From contig OZ245003.1 in NCBI GenBank assembly GCA_965223425.1, positions 768,001-832,000 of the forward strand: 64,000 bases of DNA. Direction: 5' to 3'. The DNA comes from Nitrosopumilus sp. (lineage in GTDB: Archaea > Thermoproteota > Nitrososphaeria > Nitrososphaerales > Nitrosopumilaceae). Below are positions 20,519-31,550 of this stretch, piece by piece. Positions within the stretch are counted from its first letter, which is position 1. Each line of letters begins with the position of its first letter. Below the pieces are notes generated by a model. The model was not told the DNA's origin. It was given only the letters and a program-made list of their open reading frames with translations, and did no database searches. Position numbers and translations under genes: made by a program.

Positions 20519-21345
20519 TAGCGTTGAGTGCCAAACCATCTAACATGAACACGCAAGTAATATCTGATCCTCCTCCGACTGGTTCTGAAAAATACAAAAT
20601 GATTGCAGAAAATGTTACTGTCAGTTATGATGGAATTGAGGCAGTCAAAAATGTAACAATGAAGTTCAAGGAAAAATCAGTCACTGCTTTAATCGGGCCT
20701 TCTGGTTGTGGAAAAACCACTTTCCTTAGATGTCTTAACAGAATGCATGATATGACGAAAAACGCAAGAGTTGATGGGAAAGTTATGATTGATGAGATTG
20801 ATCTTTATGACAAGTCAATTGATCCGATTTATCACAGAAGAAAAGTTGGTATGGTTTTTCAAAAACCAAATCCATTCCCAACGATGTCCATTCATGATAA
20901 TGTCACCGCAGGTTTGAAACTAAACGGAGTTAGGGATAAAAAAATTCTCAATGAAATTGTTGAAGATTCGCTAAAGATGGCATATCTTTGGGATGAAGTA
21001 AAACACGATTTGAAAAAATCAGCAATTGAATTGTCTGGTGGCCAACAGCAGCGTCTCTGTATTGCAAGAGCATTGGCAATTCAGCCTGAAGTTTTACTTA
21101 TGGATGAACCTGCATCTGCACTTGATCCAATTGCAACTCAGAAAATTGAAGAAACAATTACAGAGTTGAAAAAAGAATATACAATAATTATCGTAACTCA
21201 TAACATGCAACAAGCGGTCCGTGTCTCCGATTATACCGGATTTATGTACCTGGGTGATTTAATTGAATTCAGAGAAACAACGAAAATTTTTACAGATCCT
21301 AAAAATGAGTTAACTGCAAAATATGTTCAGGGCCAGTTCGGATAA
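20515..21345 (+). CDS. pstB: Phosphate ABC ATPase PstB
   Basis: [29 protein letters not shown]. Confidence 0.96.
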   Translation: MIALSAKPSNMNTQVISDPPPTGSEKYKMIAENVTVSYDGIEAVKNVTMKFKEKSVTALIGPSGCGKTTFLRCLNRMHDMTKNARVDGKVMIDEIDLYDKSIDPIYHRRKVGMVFQKPNPFPTMSIHDNVTAGLKLNGVRDKKILNEIVEDSLKMAYLWDEVKHDLKKSAIELSGGQQQRLCIARALAIQPEVLLMDEPASALDPIATQKIEETITELKKEYTIIIVTHNMQQAVRVSDYTGFMYLGDLIEFRETTKIFTDPKNELTAKYVQGQFG

Positions 21346-22005
21346 ATGGCTCGATTAATTGATTCTCCTTTACAGGAACTCTCAACCATTATGACCAAGA
21401 TGGGAGACATGGTTATTGAGTGTGTTTCTCTTGCTATTGACTCGTATCTTAGCGGAACAAACACAAAAGATAAAGTTCTAGACATATCTAATTCAGTACG
21501 TTTAAAATATTTTGAAGTTGAAGACTTGACATTTAACATGCTTTTAAAATATCAACCTGTTGCAGATGATTTTAGATTAATTCGCTCGTCAACTGAAATC
21601 TCTTACGCATTTTCAAGATTTAGTAGATATGCATATGACATTACACTTGTACGTGATTTGTTTGGTGATGTTTCTGAATGTACCAATGATTCGCTAATTG
21701 AATCTACTAAAAAAGTAAAACATATGATCAAAGAAGCAGTATTATCATTTGCTGAACTGGATGTGAGAAAGGCAATCCAAATACGTGAAGATGAAAAAAT
21801 AGTTGATAAAATCTACAAGGAACGGCTACTACAACTAATCGAATCAAATAATACAAAATGTGCGCTAGCTGAGGCCCTATTGTTGAGATATTTAGAACGA
21901 ATTGGAGATCATGCCGTATTCATGAGTGATGCCATCAACTACATCGTTACTGGAAAACACAGACCAAGCGAAGAACGAATCGTTTCTCACACAAAGCAGG
22001 ATTAG
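21346..22005 (+). CDS. phoU: PhoU regulator
   Basis: QPVADDFR, RYLERIGDHA. Confidence 0.93.
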   Translation: MARLIDSPLQELSTIMTKMGDMVIECVSLAIDSYLSGTNTKDKVLDISNSVRLKYFEVEDLTFNMLLKYQPVADDFRLIRSSTEISYAFSRFSRYAYDITLVRDLFGDVSECTNDSLIESTKKVKHMIKEAVLSFAELDVRKAIQIREDEKIVDKIYKERLLQLIESNNTKCALAEALLLRYLERIGDHAVFMSDAINYIVTGKHRPSEERIVSHTKQD

Positions 22006-22052
22006 TCAATATCTTGGTTTTTATTCCAGCAAAAACCTGCTGAAATATTCAA

Positions 22053-23138
22053 ATGGATATTTTACAACTAATTCAAGCTAATCTTCTAACTCCGATAATC
22101 CTGTTCTTTTTGTTTGGAATCATCGCTGCCAGAATAAAATCTGATTTAAAAATTCCTGAAGCAATTTCAGAATTCTTGCCAATCTATCTTCTTGCGGCAA
22201 TCGGACTTCATGGAGGAATAGAGATGCGGAATACTGGATTTGAGAACATGCTAATTCCTATGTTGGCCGCAATTGGACTTTCACTTTTGTTTACTCTGAA
22301 TCATTATCAGATTCTACGCAGATTGGGAAAATTCAATCTCTTTGACTCTTATGCACTAGCATCAACATACGGCGCAGTAGGTGCTGTTACATTTTCTGTT
22401 GGATTGTCTTTTCTCAAGAACCAGGGTGTAACGTCTGAAGGATATCTTGCGGCAATTCTTGCAGTATTAGAACCAGTGGCATTTATCATGGCAATATTTT
22501 TGACAAACATGGCAGTCTCAAAACAAATTCGTGCAAAAAAGCAATCATTCTCAAAGGATGATGTCTCTAATATTGATGTAGGAATGCAAGAAAGCAAAAC
22601 AAAACTTTCCCAAGTACTGCACGAGTCCATCACTGGTAAGGCAATAGTTATTCTGCTTGGGAGCATTGTTATTGGCTACATTATTGGGGAGGATGGGTTC
22701 AGCTCAATTCAAATTGTATTTGATGAGATGTTTGTAGGCGCCATTGTTATCTTTATGATAGAGATGGGAATTATTGCTGGTCAGCGGTTAGATGACATCA
22801 AAAAAGTTGGTGTTTTCCTTACTGCTTTTGCCATAATTGTGCCTACATTTAATGGCATTATTGGGGTTTTGGTGGCAACCGGATTGGGTTTGAGTCTTGG
22901 CGGCGCAGTAATGTTCGGATTGCTTTTGGCTAGCGCATCATTTATTGCAGCACCTGCAGTATTGCGTCATGCAATTCCCGAAGCAAAACCAAGCCTTTAC
23001 ATTACATCTGCGTTAGGAATTACATTCCCTTACAACATTATTGTGCTGTTACCAATCATGTTTACCATTTCATCTATTGTGCATAATGCAGAGGGATCGA
23101 TAGACTTATTCCATTATGTGGCGAAGAATTGGATATGA
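22053..23138 (+). CDS. sbtA: Na+-dependent bicarbonate transporter SbtA
   Basis: SDLKIPE, YLLAAIGLHGG, ASASFIAAPA, LGITFPYN. Confidence 0.9.
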   Translation: MDILQLIQANLLTPIILFFLFGIIAARIKSDLKIPEAISEFLPIYLLAAIGLHGGIEMRNTGFENMLIPMLAAIGLSLLFTLNHYQILRRLGKFNLFDSYALASTYGAVGAVTFSVGLSFLKNQGVTSEGYLAAILAVLEPVAFIMAIFLTNMAVSKQIRAKKQSFSKDDVSNIDVGMQESKTKLSQVLHESITGKAIVILLGSIVIGYIIGEDGFSSIQIVFDEMFVGAIVIFMIEMGIIAGQRLDDIKKVGVFLTAFAIIVPTFNGIIGVLVATGLGLSLGGAVMFGLLLASASFIAAPAVLRHAIPEAKPSLYITSALGITFPYNIIVLLPIMFTISSIVHNAEGSIDLFHYVAKNWI

Positions 23139-23437
23139 AACTTTACAACGTAAAATTGCTTACCGTTACCTGTGAAATTCTTGCGCAAAAAAACATTATT
23201 AAAATTCTAAAAAAACATGAAATCACTGGATATACTACTTATGAAGTAGAAGGAAACGGAGCACGCGGCCTGCGCGGACAGGGATTTAAAAATGAAAAAA
23301 ATGTCAAAGTTGAAGTAATTATGAGAGAAGAAAAACTATCTGATGTTATTGAGGAGATTTCAAGAACAATGTTTGCCAATTTTGCCATAGTGCTTTATGT
23401 GAGTGATGTCGGCGTGGTACGCACTGAAAAATTTTAG
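23129..23437 (+). CDS. sbtB: PII-like SbtB
   Basis: TGYTTYEVEGNGARG, C-terminal VVRTEKF; follows sbtA. Confidence 0.85.
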   Translation: MDMKLYNVKLLTVTCEILAQKNIIKILKKHEITGYTTYEVEGNGARGLRGQGFKNEKNVKVEVIMREEKLSDVIEEISRTMFANFAIVLYVSDVGVVRTEKF

Positions 23438-23733
23438 CAGCACGTATCGTCTGAACATAAAACTGGAAGTTTCTTGCTTGTCTTTGTGACATTTGATATT
23501 AGTTCAGACAGCTGGTTGTTTGAAATTGTATACATTGCCTTTTTTCCTTCGTCTCTTGATTTGACAATTCCACATTTCTTCAATGTTTTTAGATGATGTG
23601 AAACTAGGGGTTGGTCTTTTTTTAACCTCTCAACAAAATCATTGACACATAGTTCCTTGTTTTTTTGCAATAACTCTAAAATCTCAAATCTGGTCTCGTC
23701 ACAGATGCACTTTAAGAGACTGACTCCGTTCAT
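23434..23733 (-). CDS. arsR: ArsR-family regulator
   Basis: DETRFEIL, ELCV, VSHHLKTL, terminal CC. Confidence 0.88.
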   Translation of the reverse strand: MNGVSLLKCICDETRFEILELLQKNKELCVNDFVERLKKDQPLVSHHLKTLKKCGIVKSRDEGKKAMYTISNNQLSELISNVTKTSKKLPVLCSDDTCC

Positions 23734-23774
23734 ATCAATTTAAATTTATATAAACTAGTATTTATGTCATTGTT

Positions 23775-24185
23775 GTGACTGATGCCCAAAACGTCTTGTT
23801 TGTATGCGTAGAGAATGCAGGACGCAGCCAGATGGCTGAGGCATTTTTCAAAAAATATGCTCCTGCAAAATTTAATGTCTCAAGTGCTGGAACAACCCCG
23901 TCATCTGAACCAAACCCCTTGGTTGTCAAAGTTATGCGGGAGGTTGGAATTGAATTAGGTGAACAGCATCCAAAATTGCTGTCTGCTGACATGGCTGAGA
24001 CTTTGCTCAAAACAATCAACATGGGCTGCATGGATAAAGAATCCTGCCCTTCATTGTTTGTTAAGGGTGTGCCTGATTGGAATATTTCTGATCCGAAAGA
24101 AAAGACAATTGATGAAATACGGCACATTCGTGATCAAGTTAAGACCAAAGTGATGAATCTCATTGCATCACTTGAGGAAAAATAA
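23775..24185 (+). CDS. arsC: Arsenate reductase (LMW-PTP fold)
   Basis: FVCVENAGRSQMAE, MGC..SCP, DP. Confidence 0.88.
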   Translation: MTDAQNVLFVCVENAGRSQMAEAFFKKYAPAKFNVSSAGTTPSSEPNPLVVKVMREVGIELGEQHPKLLSADMAETLLKTINMGCMDKESCPSLFVKGVPDWNISDPKEKTIDEIRHIRDQVKTKVMNLIASLEEK

Positions 24186-24865
24186 TGCCTTATTCAAACT
24201 TGCAAATTTTTGCCGTAGAGTTGATTGGAACCTTTATTCTTGTAACTTTTGCTACAGGCTCAATCGTTTATGATGCTGAAGTATTTGATGGAAAATTAGG
24301 AATGCCGTTTGCAGCTCTTGCGCCCTTTGTTGCGTTACTTGTTGGAGTTTATTCATTTGGAAAGATTTCTTTGGCTCATTTTAATCCCGCAGTGACTATC
24401 GGCTATTACATCACAGGACACATCACAAAAGTTCAAGCTGTGTATTATTTTGCAGCAGAAATTATTGGTGCGTTGTTGGGTTCGTTTTTTGTTTTAAACT
24501 TTATTGGAGAAAAAGCGAATCTTGGAGCAAATGCGCCGAATTATGACTTTTCATTATTTTTGATATTCCCAGTTGAAGTGTTGGCTTCTGCAATGCTTAT
24601 GGGCGTTATCTTTTGTGTTGTTTATACAAAAGGCTTGAAGGGATTTAGCGGCGTTGCAATTGGTGGAATTGTTGGCCTGGATATTTTATTTTTAGCATTT
24701 ATCTCAGGGGCATCAATGAATCCTGCTCGGGCACTTGCCCCTGCTTTGCTCTCTGGGGCGTCAAGTGATCTGTGGCTATATTGGACTGCACCTTTTGTGG
24801 GTACGGTCATTGTTGGATTTTTGTTTCGGAAAAAATTTCAGGCACAAAGACAGGCAAAAGTATAG
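24185..24865 (+). CDS. MIP/aquaporin channel (likely arsenite efflux by context)
   Basis: HFNPAVT and SMNPAR. Confidence 0.9.
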   Translation: MPYSNLQIFAVELIGTFILVTFATGSIVYDAEVFDGKLGMPFAALAPFVALLVGVYSFGKISLAHFNPAVTIGYYITGHITKVQAVYYFAAEIIGALLGSFFVLNFIGEKANLGANAPNYDFSLFLIFPVEVLASAMLMGVIFCVVYTKGLKGFSGVAIGGIVGLDILFLAFISGASMNPARALAPALLSGASSDLWLYWTAPFVGTVIVGFLFRKKFQAQRQAKV

Positions 24866-25068
24866 GTCTACAGGTTCTACATAGATTTACCTGATCTAAC
24901 AGCTAAGCGAAATGTAAACAGAATATTCATTTTGTTTTGTTGTTAAACACAATTTGAGTCACATTCCATTGTTCTATTCCTATTTTTTGTCCAATTTTTA
25001 GTACATTTCGCTTAGCGGTTCTGTGAAGTTATAGGCACCTGAAAATATGAATTTTCTCTGAATTGAAA

Positions 25069-25965
25069 TCATGCATGCTGATTCAATGAGGCGTTTTGTA
25101 TGATGGTTTTCCACTTGTTAGAACCATCCACTAGTATTCCTGCCATCTCTGCTGGAGTCTTCTTTTCAATACCGCCATGCTTTTTTGAGAAATTATAGAA
25201 TGTCTGGAATCCGTCAAACAACTGGGCTTCTTTAAACATTGGTCTTACATTTTCAGTACCTTTGGTATCTGCTACAAACTGGGTAATCATGAATCTGGTC
25301 TCATGGTCAAGCATGGAGTATTGTAGTTTCATATTGCCCTTAATTTTCATAAAGATTTCATCAGTACGCCAAGTTTCTGATACTCTTGGAACTATGCCTT
25401 TGACATAATCTGCTACCGTTTTAGAGTATTTTTCAATCCAGCCATAGACTGCTCTGTATGATACCTTGATTTCCTCCTGCTCAAAACAGTCTGCAATATC
25501 TCTAACTGACATTCCTGAAAAATACATCTGTAATGCTCTGGTGATCACGGTATTACTGTAACGCATTTTTTCAAATCCAAAATTTGCTGTAAATCCCCTT
25601 TTACAGTCATTGCACTTGAATTTTTGAAGACTGCCTGATTTGTTTTTCTTGATTCCTTTTTTGATAATATTACCTGAATCACAGAACTTGCACACCTTGA
25701 CTAGTGATCCCTCAATTATGCGGAATGTCTGTTCTTGCCCCTCATTGTTTCTGATTAGCTCCAAAACTGTCTTGATGTGCTTGCAGTCTGATTTTCTTTT
25801 GGTGTGATCCGGGCAATCACAAATTAATCCATTGCTTGTCTTTGAGACAATATAATGAATCTGTGGTATGCTTTGAGATCTTACGCTAAATCTTTCTGGA
25901 CTGAACTGCACTGCGCAGTTTGGTAACTCCATCATTTGTGTTGCTCTTTGGGTTCGTGTATTCAT
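25069..25965 (-). pseudogene. IS6-like transposase (SWIM + Zn ribbon + HTH + DDE) with internal deletion
   Basis: CDCPD..CKH, CKFC..CNDC, WRTDE. Jumps from MFKEAQ to LFDGFQTFYNF, losing the 2nd D and E region. End GGTTCTGTGAAGTTAT at 25017. Confidence 0.8.
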
Positions 25966-26195
25966 GCGTGATGCACCTCAAAAATTAAAATAGAACAAAG
26001 AGAATCAAATAATGGCTCAGATGTCACGGCTCTAATCATCTGCGACATCATGATTGGATACTGAGCCTCAATTTTCATCATTGCCATTTCTTGTCGCATA
26101 TACTGTATTATCCGTATGCTTATTTAATTGTTACTAATATCCGTATGCATTAATAACCGATCGCTTAATATAGTGAAAGATGTTTTGAGATAATA

Positions 26196-26363
26196 ATGAC
26201 CCGATGGAAAAAAGATGAAACAAATTTTTTGGTAAAACTTTCTGATGATGGCCGACATAGTACGATCTGTCGAATACCAAAACCGATCTTAAAACTCCTA
26301 AATAATCCTAATGCAATCAGGTTCGTAATTGAAGGGAAAAAAATCGTGATTAAAACGGATTGA
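26196..26363 (+). CDS. Small AbrB-like DNA-binding protein divergent from the transposase
   Basis: MTRWKKDETNFLVKLSDDGRHSTICRIPKPILKLLNNPNAIRFVIEGKKIVIK (55 aa; below the ORF-track cut-off). Confidence 0.7.
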   Translation: MTRWKKDETNFLVKLSDDGRHSTICRIPKPILKLLNNPNAIRFVIEGKKIVIKTD

Positions 26364-26548
26364 ATAAAATGACAAATCAAACTCCAGCTAAGCGAAATGT
26401 ACCTCAAATCTGACACTAGATCAGCGGTTTGAACCTGCACATGAGAAGCGATTTCCTTAATCATAGTACATTTCGCTTAGCTGTCTAAAGACCGTTTCCT
26501 TTAGTCTTTGATGCTCGTAGGATTGGTGATGATGTCATCTAATCTTGA

Positions 26549-26948
26549 GTGAAATGTAGCCATTTCACGTCCCTATGTGATGAGATTTTGGCCTCAAATG
26601 ATCATATCTATTTTGTATCCTCAGTAACCAAAAATGGGAGAGCAATCGAGTCCAAATTTCGCAATGATAGAATCATTACAAATATGTCAAAACAAGAAAT
26701 TGAAATGTTCTTTATGCAAAGAACCCTTCAAATCTCGCTTGGTAGAGAATTTGATGATTTGATTGGCCCGCTTGATTTTATTACCGTACAACGAGAGACT
26801 CTTAGAATTTGCCTTTCCTTATTCTGCAGGGAACATTTTAGTCATGTGTGACCTGGATGTTATTCCGAGATATCTTGCTAAAAAGATTTTATTTTTGCTT
26901 CGAGACTTTGACTGGAGACAAAGTAATACCCTTATGCATAATGCCTGA
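26549..26948 (+). pseudogene. Thaumarchaeal roadblock-like (DUF6659-type) protein, frameshifted
   Basis: ..MFFMQRTLQISLGREFDDLIGPLDF.. continues in another frame as EFAFPYSAGNILV. Confidence 0.65.
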
Positions 26949-27664
26949 CGAAAGCTGTCGTAAACGCGGTTTTCCTACAAGCGGTTATTTGAAATGCACA
27001 ACTTGTAATACAATATTTCAAAATATTTGCATTCAATGCAATGAAAAAGCATTGCCTCGATTTCATAACTGTAATAAAACGTTATCAGCTGTTTATGTTA
27101 GCGTAAACTGTTTTTCACATATTTGCTGTAAATCATTTGGGATGTTTTTTCAGATCTAAAATAATTGGGGTTGTCTATGCGCAAAATAAAACGTGAAAAA
27201 CGTGGAGGTGGTGAAGCTGAAATTCTACGACGCGGGAAATTCGCCGATGGTGTATTATTTTGCCCTTGTTGCGATGATCTTAGCAACACGCTCAAGTAAC
27301 AATATAATTTCTATACAGTTTGCAGAAAATAACTATGATTGTGTTTTATTGAATTTTGTGTTAGCATATCTGATGAATGCCGCATCCTTCCTTGAGCATG
27401 ACAATTCTTCGTTTTCAAAACTATTGTTGTCAAAAGAAGTAGCATACATTATTAAGCAAATTGTAAGACTCCGCCCAGACAGTTTGTCTACAATGCGATG
27501 ATGGGAAGAATGCCAAAAAGGCGCAATGGTTGAAACCCTTCAACGCAGTCCTAATTGTCGGTGCAAAATTAAAAAACGCCAATGTCTAACCCCTGTTTCT
27601 AGATTATGCCTAAAAAATTACTATAATTTGGTCTTTTACGAATAATAATAACCCAGTTTAGACT

Positions 27665-28945
27665 ATGGTGTTGACAAACTCCAAGCTGTTCTCAGATGCT
27701 AAAAAAGTAATTCCTTCAGGCGTCAATAGCCCTGTTAGATACTTTGAACCATATCCGTTCTTTACAAAAAAATCCAACGGTGCATACATTTGGGATGCAG
27801 ACAATAACCGTTACATCGATTATTGTAATGGTTATGGCGCACTGCTTTTAGGACATCGAAGAAAAGAGATCATTGAGGCTGTATCAAATCAACTCTCAAA
27901 GGGAACTCTTTATTGCACTCCAACTGAGGCTGAAATAAAACTATCAAAGTTAATCATTGGAAACTTTCCATCTGTTGACAAAGTTAGATTGGTAAACACT
28001 GGCGGTGAGGCTACAATGACTGCAATTAGACTGGCTCGTGGCTATACAAAAAAGAAGAAAATTATAAAATTTGAGGGATGCTATCATGGTGCACATGATT
28101 CTGTACTTGTAAAGGCAGGTTCAGGTTCTGCACATAACGGAATCTCTGTTTCTGATGGTGGATTAGATGAAGTTTCAAAAAATACGCTGGTTGTTCAGTA
28201 CAATAACATCGAAGATTTGGAAGAAACAATCAGAAAAAACAAAGACATTGCAGGAGTTATTGTTGAACCTATTCTAGCTAACATGGGGTTAATCTTGCCT
28301 GAAAAGAACTTTCTTTCTGATTTGAGAAAAATTACTAAACAAAACAACATCCCATTGATCTTCGATGAGGTAATTACTGGATTCAGAGTAGCCCCTGGTG
28401 GCGCACAAGAACATTTTGGAATTAAACCTGATATTACTACAATGGCTAAAGCGCTAAGTAATGGATTTACAATAGCTGCCGTTGGTGGAAGAAAAGACAT
28501 TATGGATCTGCTTTCTCCGGGAGGCAAAGTCTACCAAGCAAGCACTTTTGCTGGAAATCCGATATCTGTCAGTGCCGCAATTAGCTCAATTAAGACAATC
28601 AATAAAATAAAAAACCGGCTTTACTCTAAACTTGAAAGATTCAATCTGCTCTTTACTACTGCTCTAGATGACATGGCAACAGACATGAAAATTCCCCATC
28701 AAATCAACTTTACAGCCTCAATGTTCCAGATTTTCTTTACAAACAAACCTGTTGTTGATTATGCCACATCTAAAAATGCAAACGCCAAGAAATTCCAAAA
28801 AATGTTCCAAACCTTGTTGAAAAAAGGAATATTCATTGCCCCCTCACAGTTTGAAGTCGTTTTTCTCTCTGATGCTCACAATGAAAACGATCTAAACAAA
28901 ACCCTTGATGCCTATCATGCCGCATTAAAGTCGGTGAAAAATTGA
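27665..28945 (+). CDS. hemL: Glutamate-1-semialdehyde aminomutase
   Basis: GVNSPVR, FEGCYHG, FDEVITGFR. Confidence 0.96.
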   Translation: MVLTNSKLFSDAKKVIPSGVNSPVRYFEPYPFFTKKSNGAYIWDADNNRYIDYCNGYGALLLGHRRKEIIEAVSNQLSKGTLYCTPTEAEIKLSKLIIGNFPSVDKVRLVNTGGEATMTAIRLARGYTKKKKIIKFEGCYHGAHDSVLVKAGSGSAHNGISVSDGGLDEVSKNTLVVQYNNIEDLEETIRKNKDIAGVIVEPILANMGLILPEKNFLSDLRKITKQNNIPLIFDEVITGFRVAPGGAQEHFGIKPDITTMAKALSNGFTIAAVGGRKDIMDLLSPGGKVYQASTFAGNPISVSAAISSIKTINKIKNRLYSKLERFNLLFTTALDDMATDMKIPHQINFTASMFQIFFTNKPVVDYATSKNANAKKFQKMFQTLLKKGIFIAPSQFEVVFLSDAHNENDLNKTLDAYHAALKSVKN

Positions 28946-29877
28946 AGTACGTGGTAGGTTCAAGAGGAAGTCAGCTGTCTGTCGCACAGACAAACTGGGT
29001 TATCTCTGAACTAAAAAAAACAACTCCTGATTCAGAATGTGAAATTAAAAGCATCGCGACAAAGGGAGATACTGATAGCAGACCCTTATTTACAATAGAT
29101 CAAAAAGGAATTTTTGAAAAAGAGATTGATAGGGCAGTTGCGCAAAAAGAGGTTGATTTTGCTGTTCATAGTCTCAAAGATGTGCCATCGCAACTAGATG
29201 ATGATCTCACTTTGGCTTGCATTCCAAAACGTGAAGCAGTCAATGATGTCTTTATTTCTTCAAATGGTGCAACGCTGGAGGCGATCAAGCCAGGCGCCGT
29301 GATTGGTACAAGCTCGCTTCGTCGTGCAGTTCAAGTAACTCGAAAAAGATCTGATGTTACTGTAAAACCAATACGAGGAAACATTGAAACTAGAATCAAA
29401 AAAGCGTCTGGAGAAAACTATGATGCAGTAGTGCTTGCTCAAGCGGGAATCTCTAGATTGGGGGTTGATGTAAACTTCTCCTCATTATCGACTGATGATT
29501 TTCTGCCTTCTCCTGGCCAGGGTGCAATCGCTATTGTTGCAAGAACAGATGATTCTCAAACAATCTCCATGCTAAAAAAAATCGAGGATGCTGACTCTAG
29601 ATTAGAAATTGAAGCAGAACGTGCTCTGTCTGATTTTGTTGATTCGGGATGCAGATTTCCAGTTGGCGCATATGCAAAATCAAATGGCTCTGAAATGACT
29701 CTGTCTGCGGTTGCATTTTCTGTAGATGGAAAAAAATCATTAAAAGTGCACAAAACAGGAGACAAAAATGATCCTAAATCCCTTGGTAAAAGTGCTGGAG
29801 AGGAACTTTGTGAAAACGGTGTAAATGATCTTGCATTAAATTGGAGAGAAAAAGTGGAGGAGTGGAATAAGACATGA
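28942..29877 (+). CDS. hemC: Porphobilinogen deaminase
   Basis: GSRGSQLS, AVHSLKD, GTSSLRR, GCRFPVG. Confidence 0.96.
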   Translation: MKYVVGSRGSQLSVAQTNWVISELKKTTPDSECEIKSIATKGDTDSRPLFTIDQKGIFEKEIDRAVAQKEVDFAVHSLKDVPSQLDDDLTLACIPKREAVNDVFISSNGATLEAIKPGAVIGTSSLRRAVQVTRKRSDVTVKPIRGNIETRIKKASGENYDAVVLAQAGISRLGVDVNFSSLSTDDFLPSPGQGAIAIVARTDDSQTISMLKKIEDADSRLEIEAERALSDFVDSGCRFPVGAYAKSNGSEMTLSAVAFSVDGKKSLKVHKTGDKNDPKSLGKSAGEELCENGVNDLALNWREKVEEWNKT

Positions 29878-30614
29878 CAGGAAAAGTGTATCTTGTTGGG
29901 GCTGGACCTGGAGACAGTAAACTAATCACATTACGGGCAGTTGAGCTGCTCAAAAAGGCTGACGTTGTTTTGTATGACAGACTGGTAAGCAAAAAAATTA
30001 TTTCCATGATTCCAAAACCTACAAAAAAAGTCCATGTCGGACGAGCAGTAGGGGATGACACTGCTCATCAGAACACAACTAATGATTTGATGGTAAGTTA
30101 TGCAAAATCTAAAAAAAATATAGTTCGACTAAAGGGCGGTGATCCAATAATCTTTGGTCGTGGTGGAGAAGAGGCAGAATTTCTCAAAGAAAATAAGATA
30201 AAATATGAGATTGTTCCCGGAATCACCTCTGGAATTGGCTCGGCAACTTATGCTGGAATTCCTCTCACTCATAGAAAACACGCTTCATCGGTGGTCTTTG
30301 TTACCGGACATGAGGATCCTGAAAAGAAAAATGAGATTGTAAAATGGAAAAGACTTGCAAAATCCGTAGACACCATTGTGATAATGATGGGGCTATCAAG
30401 AATTGATATTATCTGTAAGCAACTTGTATCTGGTGGAATGGACAAAAACACGCCTGTGGCAGTCATTCAAAACGGCACAACTCCTGAGCAGAAAATGATT
30501 AAAGGAACAGTGACAAACATCGCAAAAAAAATAAAAGCAAATAAAATTACACCTCCTACCAATATCATAATTGGTAAGGTTGTTGATTTGTCAGACACTG
30601 TTGGATGGAAATAA
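29874..30614 (+). CDS. cobA: Uroporphyrinogen-III C-methyltransferase
   Basis: LVGAGPGD, RLKGGDP, GRGGEE. Confidence 0.95.
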   Translation: MTGKVYLVGAGPGDSKLITLRAVELLKKADVVLYDRLVSKKIISMIPKPTKKVHVGRAVGDDTAHQNTTNDLMVSYAKSKKNIVRLKGGDPIIFGRGGEEAEFLKENKIKYEIVPGITSGIGSATYAGIPLTHRKHASSVVFVTGHEDPEKKNEIVKWKRLAKSVDTIVIMMGLSRIDIICKQLVSGGMDKNTPVAVIQNGTTPEQKMIKGTVTNIAKKIKANKITPPTNIIIGKVVDLSDTVGWK

Positions 30615-31423
30615 TGATGATGATGCTTGAAGGAAAGACCATAGCAATCACTCGGTCAAAAGATGATGCCACTGAATTTGTTGAACTTGCTCAGCAAAGT
30701 GGCGCAACGCCAGTACCATTGCCCACAATTGAGCTTGTAAGCAAAGGCGAAAAAATTGTTGACGAATTTTTAGGATCAATGGAACAGTACAATCCTGACT
30801 ACTCTGTATTTATGAGCTCAAAAGCAGTCAAACTGCTGTTTGATACTGCTGCCAAACAAGTTGGAAAACTAGGGAAATTACAATTGGCAGTTGCAAATAC
30901 TGCAGTCATGTCTGTTGGGCCAAAGACTACTGTTGCCCTTGAAGCTGAAGGAATCAAAGTGAATCATCAGCCTACGACGTTCTCATCAGTTGGAGTTGGT
31001 GAGGAATTTACAAAAATTAACGCTGTTGGAAAAAAGGCAATTGTTCCACGTAGCGGTGCATCGACTCCTTTTCTCAAAGAGCTTCTAAGCAAGATTGGAA
31101 TTGTTGTGTTGGAAGTTCACTTGTATGATGTTTGTACTTTCAGAGACACAACCCAGTGGAATGGATTCAGGGAATTATTTTCACAAGACAAAGTGGATGG
31201 TGTCGTGTTTACCAGCGCATCTTCTGTTCGTGGATTCTTTGATATAATGTCAAAAGATTATGATGAAGAAATCTTGCTTGATAATCTTGCAAAACTGTCT
31301 GTTGTGTCTATTGGCCCATTTACTTCAGGAGAATTAAAAAAATTCAATATCAAAAACACTGTCGCAGAAGTTCATACTGTCACAGGCGCCTTTGATGCTA
31401 TGAAAAATACTCTGACAGCCTGA
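30605..31423 (+). CDS. hemD: Uroporphyrinogen-III synthase
   Basis: IAITRS, VGPKT, FTSASSV, SIGPFT. Confidence 0.92.
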   Translation: MEIMMMMLEGKTIAITRSKDDATEFVELAQQSGATPVPLPTIELVSKGEKIVDEFLGSMEQYNPDYSVFMSSKAVKLLFDTAAKQVGKLGKLQLAVANTAVMSVGPKTTVALEAEGIKVNHQPTTFSSVGVGEEFTKINAVGKKAIVPRSGASTPFLKELLSKIGIVVLEVHLYDVCTFRDTTQWNGFRELFSQDKVDGVVFTSASSVRGFFDIMSKDYDEEILLDNLAKLSVVSIGPFTSGELKKFNIKNTVAEVHTVTGAFDAMKNTLTA

Positions 31424-31550
31424 TTTTGCAAATCCTATCTTCTCTGTAATCCTCTCGATATTGGATCTCTGGAGATCTTTGGCAAAATGATACTCCATTA
31501 TTCAACATCTCCCAAATATCTATGCAAGTAAGTCAAGACATTTTTGTGTC

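Larger units (their letters stand above)
24900..26483. mobile_element. Composite element bounded by two CAG-ended MITEs (24900-25016, 26385-26483)
   Basis: TIR CAGCTAAGCGAAATGTA; 5-bp TSD TCTAA at 24895-24899 and 26484-26488. Confidence 0.78.

Noticed and set aside
26941-27590. Several small Cys-rich ORFs
   Set aside because: They appear decayed and the boundaries cannot be supported.
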